Assembly (NCBI GenBank): GCA_963737635.1
Contig: CAVTTL010000001.1
Coordinates: 1,952,001 to 2,016,000 of the forward strand
Direction of reading: 5' to 3'
DNA: 64,000 bases
Origin: an uncultured Methanoregulaceae archaeon
Lineage (GTDB): Archaea > Halobacteriota > Methanomicrobia > Methanomicrobiales > Methanospirillaceae
A program made the translations under genes and the position numbers. Of this stretch, positions 20,075 through 29,421 are shown piece by piece (position 1 is the stretch's first letter; each line of letters begins with the position of its first letter). Below the pieces are notes generated by a model. That model was not told where the DNA came from and did no database searches. It was given only the letters and a program-made list of their open reading frames with translations.

Positions 20075-20926
20075 ATGGATAAGAAAGACATCACATATAT
20101 CATAGCCGCGTTCTGCATCATATTTATTATTGCATTTGTTATCAAACCAATAGCCACCGGTCAGCCGGTCAATACCGGACTTTCATCTGAAACACCGGTA
20201 CCTTCCGTGAACGTTACCCCTCTCGTGGTATACTCAAATATTACCAAGCTCCCCACTACAACCCATCCTACAACCACTCCTACTTCTGTACCGACATGGA
20301 ACCAGAAAGTCCAGACCATCGGATTTGTCAATCCCGGAACGTACCAAATCTCAAATAACCAGTCCCTGCCGCAGGGCGTCCGGATCAATGCTACCCAGCC
20401 GGATAACCGGCGAACCGTGTATGCGACCATATCGGGAACATCCAGCGGAACCACTCAGATTATAAACATCCCGTTTCCTTACTGGGAGATTTCCTATACT
20501 ATCCAGCCTCTTGCAGAATCCTCCGGATCTGCCATGGCTTCTTTCGCAATTACCCCGACCAACGGGAACAGTATCTCTATTAGCGGAGTCCAAGGCTCGT
20601 TTTCAACCACACAGCCACAATTTTCGATCCAGGTAATGGATGCAACCGACCCTAACCGGATCGTAAGAACCATCTCACCTCCCGGAGGAATTGACTTCAA
20701 TCTCTGGGAAGGGATTGCCTACCCAACACCGGCGGCAGATGTCACAACTTTCGAGAAGTACGCAACTATAGAACCAACTCCGACGGCAACTTCGACAGAT
20801 CCTAGGCCATGGCTTGAAAAATTCTACGAAGGTGGGAGAGGATATTATTTTGTCATTAATTCCCACTATATCGGTTCCTATACGATCAAGATTCTTGTCC
20901 CAACACAGGACCTCGGGAAATATTGA
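20075..20926 (+). CDS. Membrane-anchored surface protein, hypothetical
   Basis: N-terminal TM, Thr/Pro-rich linker, several N-x-S/T sequons, beta-rich C-terminus. Confidence 0.7.
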   Translation: MDKKDITYIIAAFCIIFIIAFVIKPIATGQPVNTGLSSETPVPSVNVTPLVVYSNITKLPTTTHPTTTPTSVPTWNQKVQTIGFVNPGTYQISNNQSLPQGVRINATQPDNRRTVYATISGTSSGTTQIINIPFPYWEISYTIQPLAESSGSAMASFAITPTNGNSISISGVQGSFSTTQPQFSIQVMDATDPNRIVRTISPPGGIDFNLWEGIAYPTPAADVTTFEKYATIEPTPTATSTDPRPWLEKFYEGGRGYYFVINSHYIGSYTIKILVPTQDLGKY

Positions 20927-21109
20927 TTTCAGATCGCATGTAAAACAAAAACTCCGGCTAACCGGTGAAAAGGGGTATTGAGTATTCGCCAGCGCTGCTC
21001 AATACAACGAAAGTGTCTAGAAACCGAGCCTCATTACTAGATTGAAATTCCCTAAAAAAAGCCCGATAACAACAGGTAACAAAAAAATTATTGGGACTAT
21101 CCGACTCGA

Positions 21110-21487
21110 TCAGTCGAGTTTTTTCTTCCCCATGGATTCGATATACATGACCTCTTTTCCCACTTCGAGTTGTCCCTTCTTTTCGGCAGGAATGGCAATT
21201 TCAAAATTGGAATAATCTTTCATGTCCATAAGCTGTGCCATGTCCCCGGCAATAGAGATAACCTGCCCGCTTTTACGCTCGACAACGGGAACGTATGCCT
21301 TTGCTGACACCGGCTGAACAATAGAACGCTTGACGCCATCGAAAATACCAACTGCATCAATCCGTGCCTTGGCGGCCCCGTGTTTCCCGGGTTTTGAAGT
21401 GGCGAGACCTACTACTTTGCAGGGTTCATCATCCACTACGATATAGCGTCCTTCCTTTATCTTTCCGATTTCTGTCTGTTCTTTCAT
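21110..21487 (-). CDS. eif5a: Translation factor aIF-5A
   Basis: Hypusine motif SKPGKHGAAKAR. Confidence 0.95.
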   Translation of the reverse strand: MKEQTEIGKIKEGRYIVVDDEPCKVVGLATSKPGKHGAAKARIDAVGIFDGVKRSIVQPVSAKAYVPVVERKSGQVISIAGDMAQLMDMKDYSNFEIAIPAEKKGQLEVGKEVMYIESMGKKKLD

Positions 21488-21594
21488 TTGAGTTTCACAA
21501 CCTAAAACGTATCCTTATTTTAAGCGCAGATGTAATTTATCTTTATTGCCGTACATAAATACAACGCTGACCGCATTTAGAGGTTTTTATTGCC

Positions 21595-22372
21595 ATGAAC
21601 TTCCTTTCTGCCTGCAATGAAATGGCTGTATCTCGTCCGGGAAAATATCAGGCCGCTTGTGGGATCCCCGGCGGGTGGCCAAGTCATCCGCATGGGTGCC
21701 GATCACACACCGACGGAGAAGATCGATCAGGTGGCAGAGGACTGCGTGATCGGATATATCCGTGAACACAATCTGTGCTCAGTTCTTATCAGCGAGGAAT
21801 CCGGCAGGTTATCGATAGATGGCGGGAAAGGAACCATATTCCTTGATCCGGTGGATGGCACGTACAACGCAGTCACCGGTATTCCGTTCTACGGTCTTTC
21901 CCTGGCGTGGGCAAGTGAGGGGGTAGTTCAGAAGGCATTTGTCCAGGACCTCGCAACAGGAGAAACCTTCACAGCAATCCGGGGAAAATCTGCCCATTGT
22001 AACGGGAAAGCCATTCACGTCTCCCCGACCGTCCGGCTGGATAAATCTGCAATGAGTATATACGGCCGGAAATTTGATCCGACCCGGATGATGCAACTTG
22101 GTCACAAGATCCGGCGGTGGCGGCTTCTTGGCGCTTCTGCACTAGAGCTCTGTTATGTCGGTGCCGGGAGGATCGATGGTTTTGTCGATCTCAGAGGAAC
22201 CCTCAGGGTGACAGACGCAGCGGCGGGAATGCTCATCTGTACAGAAGCCGGCGGTGCTGTGACAGACTTAAACGGAGAATCTCTTGTGTTTCCCGAAGAG
22301 GTTACAGTAGGACGGTGCATTATTGCCACGAACGGTGTGTTGCACCACAAGGTGATAGAATACCTGCGGTGA
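21595..22372 (+). CDS. suhB: Bifunctional FBPase/inositol monophosphatase (indel near 21629)
   Basis: [25 protein letters not shown] motifs; probable true start [11 protein letters not shown] at 21595. Confidence 0.88.
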
Positions 22373-22377
22373 TACCC

Positions 22378-23190
22378 ATGAAGTGTCTTCTTGTCTCCCG
22401 TATAGATTTGCCCGAAGCTCTTGACTGTGCACGAAGAATAAAGACTACGCTGGAAGGAAAAGGGCACGTGGTTCTCGTAGAGACAGATACGGCAGCCCAT
22501 CTTGGCGGGGCCGGCCTCCCCTGCAGCCAGGCCAAAGCGGATATCGTGATTGTAACCGGAGGCGATGGCACGATTCTTCGGACCGTTCAGCAGTTACAAG
22601 ATCAGATACCAATCATTGGGATCAATCACGGTGAGGTAGGTTTCCTTGCGGATCTCGAACCCGATGAGGCCGGAGATTTTATAAAATCGCTCGCCCCGGG
22701 ATTTGCCGTTGAGGAACGAATGCGTCTTTCCCTCATGAGGGACAACAAATCCCTTGGCGATGCTTTGAACGAAGGGCTCATCGTCACCACCCGCCCTGCA
22801 AAGATGCTGCGGTTCTCGATCTTAATTGACGGCGTAATTTCGGAACAGTTCCGTTCTGACGGTCTGCTCATCAGCACGCCAACCGGATCGACTGCATACG
22901 CGATGAGTGCGGGCGGGCCGATTGTGGATCCCCGGATCCAAGGTTTCCTTCTTGTTCCGCTGGCTCCATACCTGCTCTCATCCCGTCCCCACCTCATCAG
23001 CAGTAACCGCAGGCTCGAGATAAGGCTGGAAAGCTCAAAGCCTGCAAAGCTGGTCATCGACGGACAAAAAACGGTGGAACTGGGCAGTTCGACATCCCTT
23101 CTGGTGCAGAAGGCAGAAAAACCCGCACAATTTGTTGACGCACACCGGAATTTCTTCGAAAAAGTAGACCACAAACTCCGGAAGCTCTAA
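22378..23190 (+). CDS. nadK: NAD(+) kinase
   Basis: [31 protein letters not shown]. Confidence 0.93.
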   Translation: MKCLLVSRIDLPEALDCARRIKTTLEGKGHVVLVETDTAAHLGGAGLPCSQAKADIVIVTGGDGTILRTVQQLQDQIPIIGINHGEVGFLADLEPDEAGDFIKSLAPGFAVEERMRLSLMRDNKSLGDALNEGLIVTTRPAKMLRFSILIDGVISEQFRSDGLLISTPTGSTAYAMSAGGPIVDPRIQGFLLVPLAPYLLSSRPHLISSNRRLEIRLESSKPAKLVIDGQKTVELGSSTSLLVQKAEKPAQFVDAHRNFFEKVDHKLRKL

Positions 23191-23279
23191 TTGATCCTTG
23201 CGGTGCGCAAAAAAAGAACAACCTTTTCTTGATGAGCGGATCTATTCTTGTTACTAAGGTGGTACGCGTGCAGGTTTCG

Positions 23280-23771
23280 ATGAAGCTTGAGATGAAGGAT
23301 TCCCCCGGACAACTGGTCGCAGCCCTCAAACCGATCTCTGACGTAGGAGGGAATATCATCGCAGTCATTCACCAGCGCGACCCTGATTCCGGTCACCACA
23401 CCCTGAACGTTCAGATTGTACTTGCCCTGCCTGAAGGACGCCTCGATACCCTGGTAACGCTCTTAAAGGAACAGGGCGTCCATATCCAGAGGATAGGTAA
23501 AGAGCGCCTGCTCTACAAGCGAACCGTTATCTTGATCGGCCATCTCATGCATACTGACCTTTCTGATACAGTTGACCGGATTGATTCCACAGGTTTTGCT
23601 GAGGTCTGCGAGATCTCGGTGAGCATGCCGGCCATTAACGAACGTTCCACATCGAGGGTTACGATAAAGGCGACCAACAGGGCAGACATGGACGCCGCGA
23701 TTACCATTCTGCGTCAGGTTGCACACCAGAAATCGCTTCTCTTGATCGAGCCCTTGGAGGAGATCGCATGA
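23280..23771 (+). CDS. ACT-domain protein (putative regulator of homoserine dehydrogenase)
   Basis: LEMKDSPGQLVAALKPISDVGGNIIAVIH; overlaps start of hom. Confidence 0.8.
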   Translation: MKLEMKDSPGQLVAALKPISDVGGNIIAVIHQRDPDSGHHTLNVQIVLALPEGRLDTLVTLLKEQGVHIQRIGKERLLYKRTVILIGHLMHTDLSDTVDRIDSTGFAEVCEISVSMPAINERSTSRVTIKATNRADMDAAITILRQVAHQKSLLLIEPLEEIA

Positions 23772-24754
23772 AAGCAGCGCTGATCGGTCTTGGGTCAGTA
23801 GGACGCGGCGTTGGAGAGATGATTGCGAAAAAAAATCACGGCATCACGATCACAGGAGTTGCAGACTCAAAGAGCGGTTCTATCTGCGACGAAGGTATCG
23901 ATATCGAGGAAGTACTCGAACAAAAACGTACCAAAGGTATCTGCGGGAACCAAGCGATCACCGCAGTAGACGTAATCCAAAAAGCGGATTATGATGTCCT
24001 TATTGAAGTGACGCCGACAAATGCGCTTACCGGCGAACCGGCGCTCGGGTACATTCGGGCAGCTCTTGCACGAAAAAAACATATCGTTACCTCGAACAAA
24101 GGCCCAATCGCCCTCGCGTACCATGATTTGTCTGCCCTTGCAAAAAAGAATCACGTTGCACTCCGGTATGAGGCAACAGTCGGCGGCGCTATTCCCATCA
24201 TGCATACAATCGAAGACGGCCTTTCAGGTAACGAGATTCTCGCGATCTACGGGGTTCTCAATGGGACGTGTAATTATATCCTGACCCGGATGGCTGCCGA
24301 AGGTCTTACCTACGAGCAGGCACTCCTCGAGGCACAGGAAATGGGCTTTGCCGAAGCCGATCCGACGTATGATGTGAAGGGAATCGATGCCGCAATAAAA
24401 CTGGTAATCCTGGTTAATACCATCTGGGGAGATGGGATCACATTGTCCGACATTGACCTAACCGGTATCGATCTGCTCACGCCGGATGCACTGCGCCTTG
24501 CAGAAGAGGGCGATAGCACCATCCGGTTGATTGCCGAAGCAATCCCGAGAGAAAAGATCCTCCGTGTTTCACCCCGTCTTATCGAAAAAAGTCACCCCCT
24601 TGTAGTTGACGGTGCATTAAACGCACTTACCCTTGAGACCGACATGGCAAAGGAGATCACTTTGATTGGTAAAGGTGCAGGATCGATCGAAACGGCGAGC
24701 GCCATTATAGGCGATATTCTGTATATCCGCGACCATTATGGCAAGCGTGCTTGA
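23768..24754 (+). CDS. hom: Homoserine dehydrogenase
   Basis: GLGSVG, VTSNKGP, YEATVGGAIP, NGTCNYIL, EADPTYDVKGIDAAIK, GAG. Confidence 0.93.
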   Translation: MKAALIGLGSVGRGVGEMIAKKNHGITITGVADSKSGSICDEGIDIEEVLEQKRTKGICGNQAITAVDVIQKADYDVLIEVTPTNALTGEPALGYIRAALARKKHIVTSNKGPIALAYHDLSALAKKNHVALRYEATVGGAIPIMHTIEDGLSGNEILAIYGVLNGTCNYILTRMAAEGLTYEQALLEAQEMGFAEADPTYDVKGIDAAIKLVILVNTIWGDGITLSDIDLTGIDLLTPDALRLAEEGDSTIRLIAEAIPREKILRVSPRLIEKSHPLVVDGALNALTLETDMAKEITLIGKGAGSIETASAIIGDILYIRDHYGKRA

Positions 24755-25845
24755 ACATCGGCGAGAATACCTGCGCCTGATGCGCCGGTTTACTCAGGAT
24801 GCCGGATTTTTTACCGTTACTGACATCCAGAAGGCGGCAGGAATCCCGAGAAGTACGGCCCAGGACTGGGTTACGCGACTTGTTCGGGAAGGATGCGTCC
24901 TTCTAAAAAAAGAGAGATCAGGAAGAGCTCCCGCCCGATATGCTGCCCTTTCTGCAATCCCGCAGAGTACCTGCCGGAGGATCTTTACCACGACGGATGG
25001 CAATCGAGTCGAGATCTTCCATGATTGCATGAGCGGTGCCTGTGCAGACTTTCTGCGGTTACCATCACACCCGTGCGGGGGGAGTGGTGACTGCAGTGAA
25101 ACGCGACGGGACGCTCCTGAGGGAGTGTGCCCGTATAGGCGATGCCCTGGTCTCTATTGGGCTTCCTCCGCATTCCGCCGTTGGGATCTCCGGCGTCAGC
25201 CATATAGGCGATCATATCGTCCAGCACATTCGTTGTATTGGTGGCCCGGCATACTCGCTTACCGATATGATGTCGCGGGCGGAGGGTGTTATTCAGGTTG
25301 AACTCAGTCAGGCCGGGGGAATAGTAGAAGGGAATGTCTGGACCCAGGCACTCACCCATCTTACCATTGGGGTTGATGATACCGATTCAAAGGCAGGCGG
25401 TGCGACGTTTGCCCTCGCGCTTGCACTGCTGACGCAGATATCGGCAGGAAGAACCGTGCTCCCGATAAGTCATCATGTCGTGATGCTTAACGAGAAACTC
25501 GTGAACAAAACTACCGGTAACTCGGCAAGTTACATCGAAGTCGCCGTTCACCCTTCCCGTATCGAGTGGGTAGTGGCAAAGAGCCGCGAGTTTGTTGAAA
25601 ACGAGACCCTTTCACCCGAGTGGGGGCTCGCGTTTCTTAAAGGAATGACTATTCCTTCAGACCTGAGAGAGTATGGAAGAAAGGTGAGGGAAGACGTGGT
25701 CGACCGCGCCGTGGCCGAGGTGGTGGCACAGCGATCCGGGGCAATGCTCTTCGGTGGCAACGGTGTTATCGGAGCACTCGGGGCCGTCGCTCTGGCCAGG
25801 CTGCCGCACGAGATCCAGCTGGATCCGGCAAGAACCGTTTTTTGA
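24738..25845 (+). CDS. N-terminal HTH fused to methanogenesis marker 11 / TiaS-FLD-like domain (indel near 25050)
   Basis: wHTH (FTVTDIQKAAGIPRSTAQDWVTRL), then IGVDDTDSKAGGATFAL, KTTGNS and GNGVIGALGAV motifs. Confidence 0.7.
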
Positions 25846-25852
25846 ATCATAT

Positions 25853-26030
25853 GTTATGCGCTGTGTATTTCAATCCCACCCAGTGATCCATTATCGGAAG
25901 AATATGCGGTCCGAATACGGAGATAGGTGGCAAGTCTCCAGCAACAACATCGAAGTTACCCGTTTCCATCCGATTGCGATTAAAGTAATGAAAAAAATCG
26001 GGATCGGCATCCTCAACAACGTGACAAATT
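25853..26030 (+). pseudogene. Decayed arsenate reductase (ArsC/LMW-PTP-like) fragment
   Basis: MRSEYGDRWQVSSNNIEVTRFHPIAIKVMKKIGIGI resembles the ArsC segment after the P-loop (G-D-R-x-E-V-x-S-A-G...V-H-P-x-A-I-x-V-M-x-E-x-G-I-D-I); catalytic CxxNxxRS loop and C-terminus not intact. Confidence 0.45.
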
Positions 26031-26151
26031 CCTGTAAAGAAGCGATTATATTCATGAAAAGGAATACACCTCGTATAACTCCAGCACTCACATAAGGCCG
26101 CGTTGGAATAGATTAAAAAAACGTGAAACCCTCGCGTTGTAGGTAGGAGGT

Positions 26152-26796
26152 ATGTTGAGCAGCAAATCCATGAATCTCCTCGTTCAATCCCTGATGGAAG
26201 GGAACCGCACGGATGCAATTAGCGAAGCGGATAAACTCATACGTGCTGGTGTTGGGCGCGAGGAGATTATTTCCGGTGGTATCGAGACGGCCATGAAACG
26301 TCTGGAAACGAAATGTACGCTCGATCAGTTTAATCTCCTTGAGATTATGGTTGCGGGCCGGGCCGTCATGGATGTTATGAAATTCCTGTACCCGGCAGGT
26401 GCCGCTCTTCCGTCCACTAAGGGCACTGTAGTGATTGCAACTCTTGAAGGGGATGTACATGATCTTGGAAAGAATATCCTCAGGTTTATTCTCATAACTG
26501 ATGGATACCGGGTCGTCGATTGCGGCCGGGACTGCCAAGTTGCGGCGCTCGCAGAGACTGCGGAGAAGGAGGGGGCCATAGCTGTTTGTGTCAGCGGCTT
26601 GATTACCACGGTTATCCCGGCAGTCAGACTGGTGAGAAGCAGCCTCGCCGCCCGTAGTCTCACCGGTGTACGGATTATCGCAGGAGGGGCAGCGCTCAAA
26701 CAGGCCTCTGCGAAGGCACTTAATGTGGATTTCGTTTGCGATTCGGCATTCGATGCGACCAACTGGCTCGATAGGATCCGGGAGGCGGATACGTGA
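26152..26796 (+). CDS. Corrinoid (B12-binding) protein, MtaC/MtbC-like
   Basis: Helical cap plus Rossmann domain with GDVHDLGKN (DxHxxG), VSGL and IAGG. Confidence 0.9.
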   Translation: MLSSKSMNLLVQSLMEGNRTDAISEADKLIRAGVGREEIISGGIETAMKRLETKCTLDQFNLLEIMVAGRAVMDVMKFLYPAGAALPSTKGTVVIATLEGDVHDLGKNILRFILITDGYRVVDCGRDCQVAALAETAEKEGAIAVCVSGLITTVIPAVRLVRSSLAARSLTGVRIIAGGAALKQASAKALNVDFVCDSAFDATNWLDRIREADT

Positions 26797-27806
26797 ATAG
26801 TATTGAGCGCATCACCGCAACCGTGAATGGAAACTCGACCGACAGGGTGCCGGTCGTCGCGCAGGTCTTCGGCCATGCCGCTGCAATAAATGACGAAAAA
26901 CTCGGAGCATACCTTAGGGATGGGAGCACTCTTGCCCGGTGCCAGATCGCGGCTCTCGAACGGTACGGGTACGATGCCGTCTTTGCGCTCATGGACGTGT
27001 CAGTTGAAACCGAAGCCGCAGGATCCGTTCTCACCTATTTCGATGACCGGTATCCCGTTATCAAATCGTACGCTCTCACGGATGCCTGTCATCTTGACCG
27101 GCTCCACCAGCCGGATCCTGAACGAGATGGCCGGATGCCAGAGCTGATTCGGGCTGCACGAATACTCCGTGAAGAGGTTGGCGGGGAAACTCTTGTGGTG
27201 GGGTGCGTGCTCGGACCTCTTACGATAACCACCCAATTGCTCGGGATGGAGAAGGCATTATTCCTTGCCGTCGATGACCCGGACCTCTTTGAGGGGATTC
27301 TTGACTTTGCGACTGAAATTGCAATCTCGTTTGGCAAAATGCAGCTCGATGCTGGCGTGCATCTCCCCTTAGTCTTCGATCCTTCATCATCGCCGGTAGT
27401 AGTCCCGCCACAGTTCTTCCGGGAGTTTGAACTCCCCCGCCTCCGGAGGATCTTCTCTGCTTTTAGGACGAGCGGATCGGCAGCAAACTGGCTTCACATT
27501 GCCGGGCCGTCTGCTCCTCTCCTACCTTGGTACCCGGAGGCGGGCGTAGATATCGCGAACTTCGATTACCAAATCAGCGCTAAAGATGCTGCACATGCTC
27601 TTCCCGGAACCTGCCTTGATGGGAATATTAAATCCTACTCGTTTGTTTCTGCGTCCCCCCGCGAGATTGCTCTTGAATCACAGAACCTTCTTGATGCATT
27701 TTCCAAACGCCGGGGATTCATCCTCTCTTCGGGATGCGAAATTCCACCGGAGGCAAAGTCAGAAAACGTAGCCGCCATGGTCAGTGCCGTGCGGGAAAAA
27801 AGGTGA
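26793..27806 (+). CDS. MtaA/CmuA-like methyltransferase (UroD superfamily)
   Basis: DRVPV, ERYGYDAV, VETEAAG, GRMPELI, GPLT, DGNI, FILSSGCEIP; GTGA overlap with corrinoid gene. Confidence 0.85.
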   Translation: MNSIERITATVNGNSTDRVPVVAQVFGHAAAINDEKLGAYLRDGSTLARCQIAALERYGYDAVFALMDVSVETEAAGSVLTYFDDRYPVIKSYALTDACHLDRLHQPDPERDGRMPELIRAARILREEVGGETLVVGCVLGPLTITTQLLGMEKALFLAVDDPDLFEGILDFATEIAISFGKMQLDAGVHLPLVFDPSSSPVVVPPQFFREFELPRLRRIFSAFRTSGSAANWLHIAGPSAPLLPWYPEAGVDIANFDYQISAKDAAHALPGTCLDGNIKSYSFVSASPREIALESQNLLDAFSKRRGFILSSGCEIPPEAKSENVAAMVSAVREKR

Positions 27807-27809
27807 CCT

Positions 27810-29418
27810 GTGCCAGTCCTCATGGTTTGTTCCGGTGAACGGACAGTTGAGATAGATTTTACTCCCGGGTTGTCCCTGCGGGAGATACTCGAAGCAACAG
27901 AAATTCCGATACGGACCGGATGCAATGGGAATGGTTCCTGCGGCCTCTGCCGAGTCAGGATCACATCCGGCAAGGTACAGGATCCCTCGCAACAGGAGAT
28001 GCTGGTCATCAATAGCAGCCGTAGCGAGGCAAAGGACGTACGGCTGGCGTGCTACGTTCGTCCTGAACTCGATCTCGGGATCGAAATATGCGGGCCTGCC
28101 CAGGATGCGACATGGAAGATTTTTCCATGTAACCATACAGGGGATATGCTGGTAAAACCTGTATTGGCGGCAACAGAAATGGAAAGCGGCAACTGCAGGG
28201 GCGCATATGGCGTGGCTGTTGACCTTGGGACATCCCAAATCAGCATCTCCATTCTCGAATTAGATACCGGAAGAAGGATCGCGGGCCGGTACGGGACGAA
28301 TCCGCAGGCCGCTTTTGGCGCCGACGTAATGACCCGTCTGGTGGCAGCGACCGGCTCCGTGGAAAAAGCTCGAGCTCCTTCGCACCCGGGTCGTTCATGC
28401 CATCGGCGACGGGCTCGCGGACATCGCCAGCCGGAACGGGGTCGACCTCGCCCGGGTGACCCGACTTGTGCTCGTAGGAAATACAGCGATGCTTGCCCTG
28501 CTCTCTGGGAGAAACTACCCCCTCCTTATCCGGCGGATACGTGGACGGGTACGATCGATTGTCTCCCTGATGAGACAGCCCCTATGGCAGCTGAATGGGG
28601 GATTCATTCTGCAACGATAGATGTCCTGCCGCCGTTCGCCGGATTTGTCGGTTCGGATCTTCTCGCGGGAGTGCAGGCAACCCGGATGATGGAGCTTGAC
28701 AGGCCGGCACTCCTCATTGATTTTGGCACTAACTCCGAAATCGCCCTCTGGGACGGACACAACCTCTTCCTAACCTCAGCCGCCGGCGGACCAGCGTTCG
28801 AAGGGAGCGGCATGCAGTGCGGCATGCCGGCTGAGGCGGGTGCTATCTGCCAGGTCCGATTCCGGAGCCATGGAGCAGAATGCGCGACGATCGCTGGTGT
28901 TCCGGCCCGCGGGATCTGTGGTACCGGTCTCGTTGACCTTATTGCCAACCTTCTCAGAGCCGGGCATTCTGTCAGAGAGGGGCCGTTTCTCACCGGATCA
29001 CAACGGCGTTTTTGTCCTTATAAACGGTGATTTACCAATCGTTCTTACCGGAAAAGATGTCGACCTTTTCCAGCGGGCCAAAGCTGCAGTCGGTGCGGGT
29101 GTCCAGTATCTGATGGAGCGTGCAGGCATCAGCAGCGATGAACTCGAGCGTCTGTATGTCAGTGGAACGTTTGGCAGCAATCTCGATACTGGCAACGCCC
29201 GGACGATCGGCCTCCTCCCGATGATGAGGGATGACCGGATTCGGCTCTGCGGAAATACAGCTTCTGCCGGCTGCGAGCAGGTTCTCGTTGATCCGACAGC
29301 AGTCAGAAAACTGGAAACGGTCAGGCAATCGGCAAGAATCGAAAACCTCGCCGGACTCCCGGACTTCGACAATCTTTTCCTCGAGAATCTGTACCTGCGG
29401 CCGCTGGGGGGTGCCTGA
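27810..29418 (+). CDS. ASKHA/RACE (DUF4445) ATP-dependent corrinoid reductive activator with N-terminal [2Fe-2S] (3 indels)
   Basis: CNGNGSCGLC...RLAC, AVDLGTS, NPQAAFGADVMTR, FVGSD, IDFGTNSE, AGGPAFEG, GICGTG, SGTFG; compensating indels near 28372/28532 and one near 28967. Confidence 0.85.
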
Positions 29419-29421
29419 ACC

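Noticed and set aside
21595-23190. Fused IMPase/NADP phosphatase-NAD kinase split by an error
   Set aside because: suhB ends cleanly (VIEYLR*) and nadK has its own ATG 5 nt later; adjacent separate genes are adequate
26152-29418. Evidence for methylotrophic methanogenesis
   Set aside because: No substrate-specific MT1 or in-frame amber methyltransferase in the window, and the MT2 Zn motif is altered
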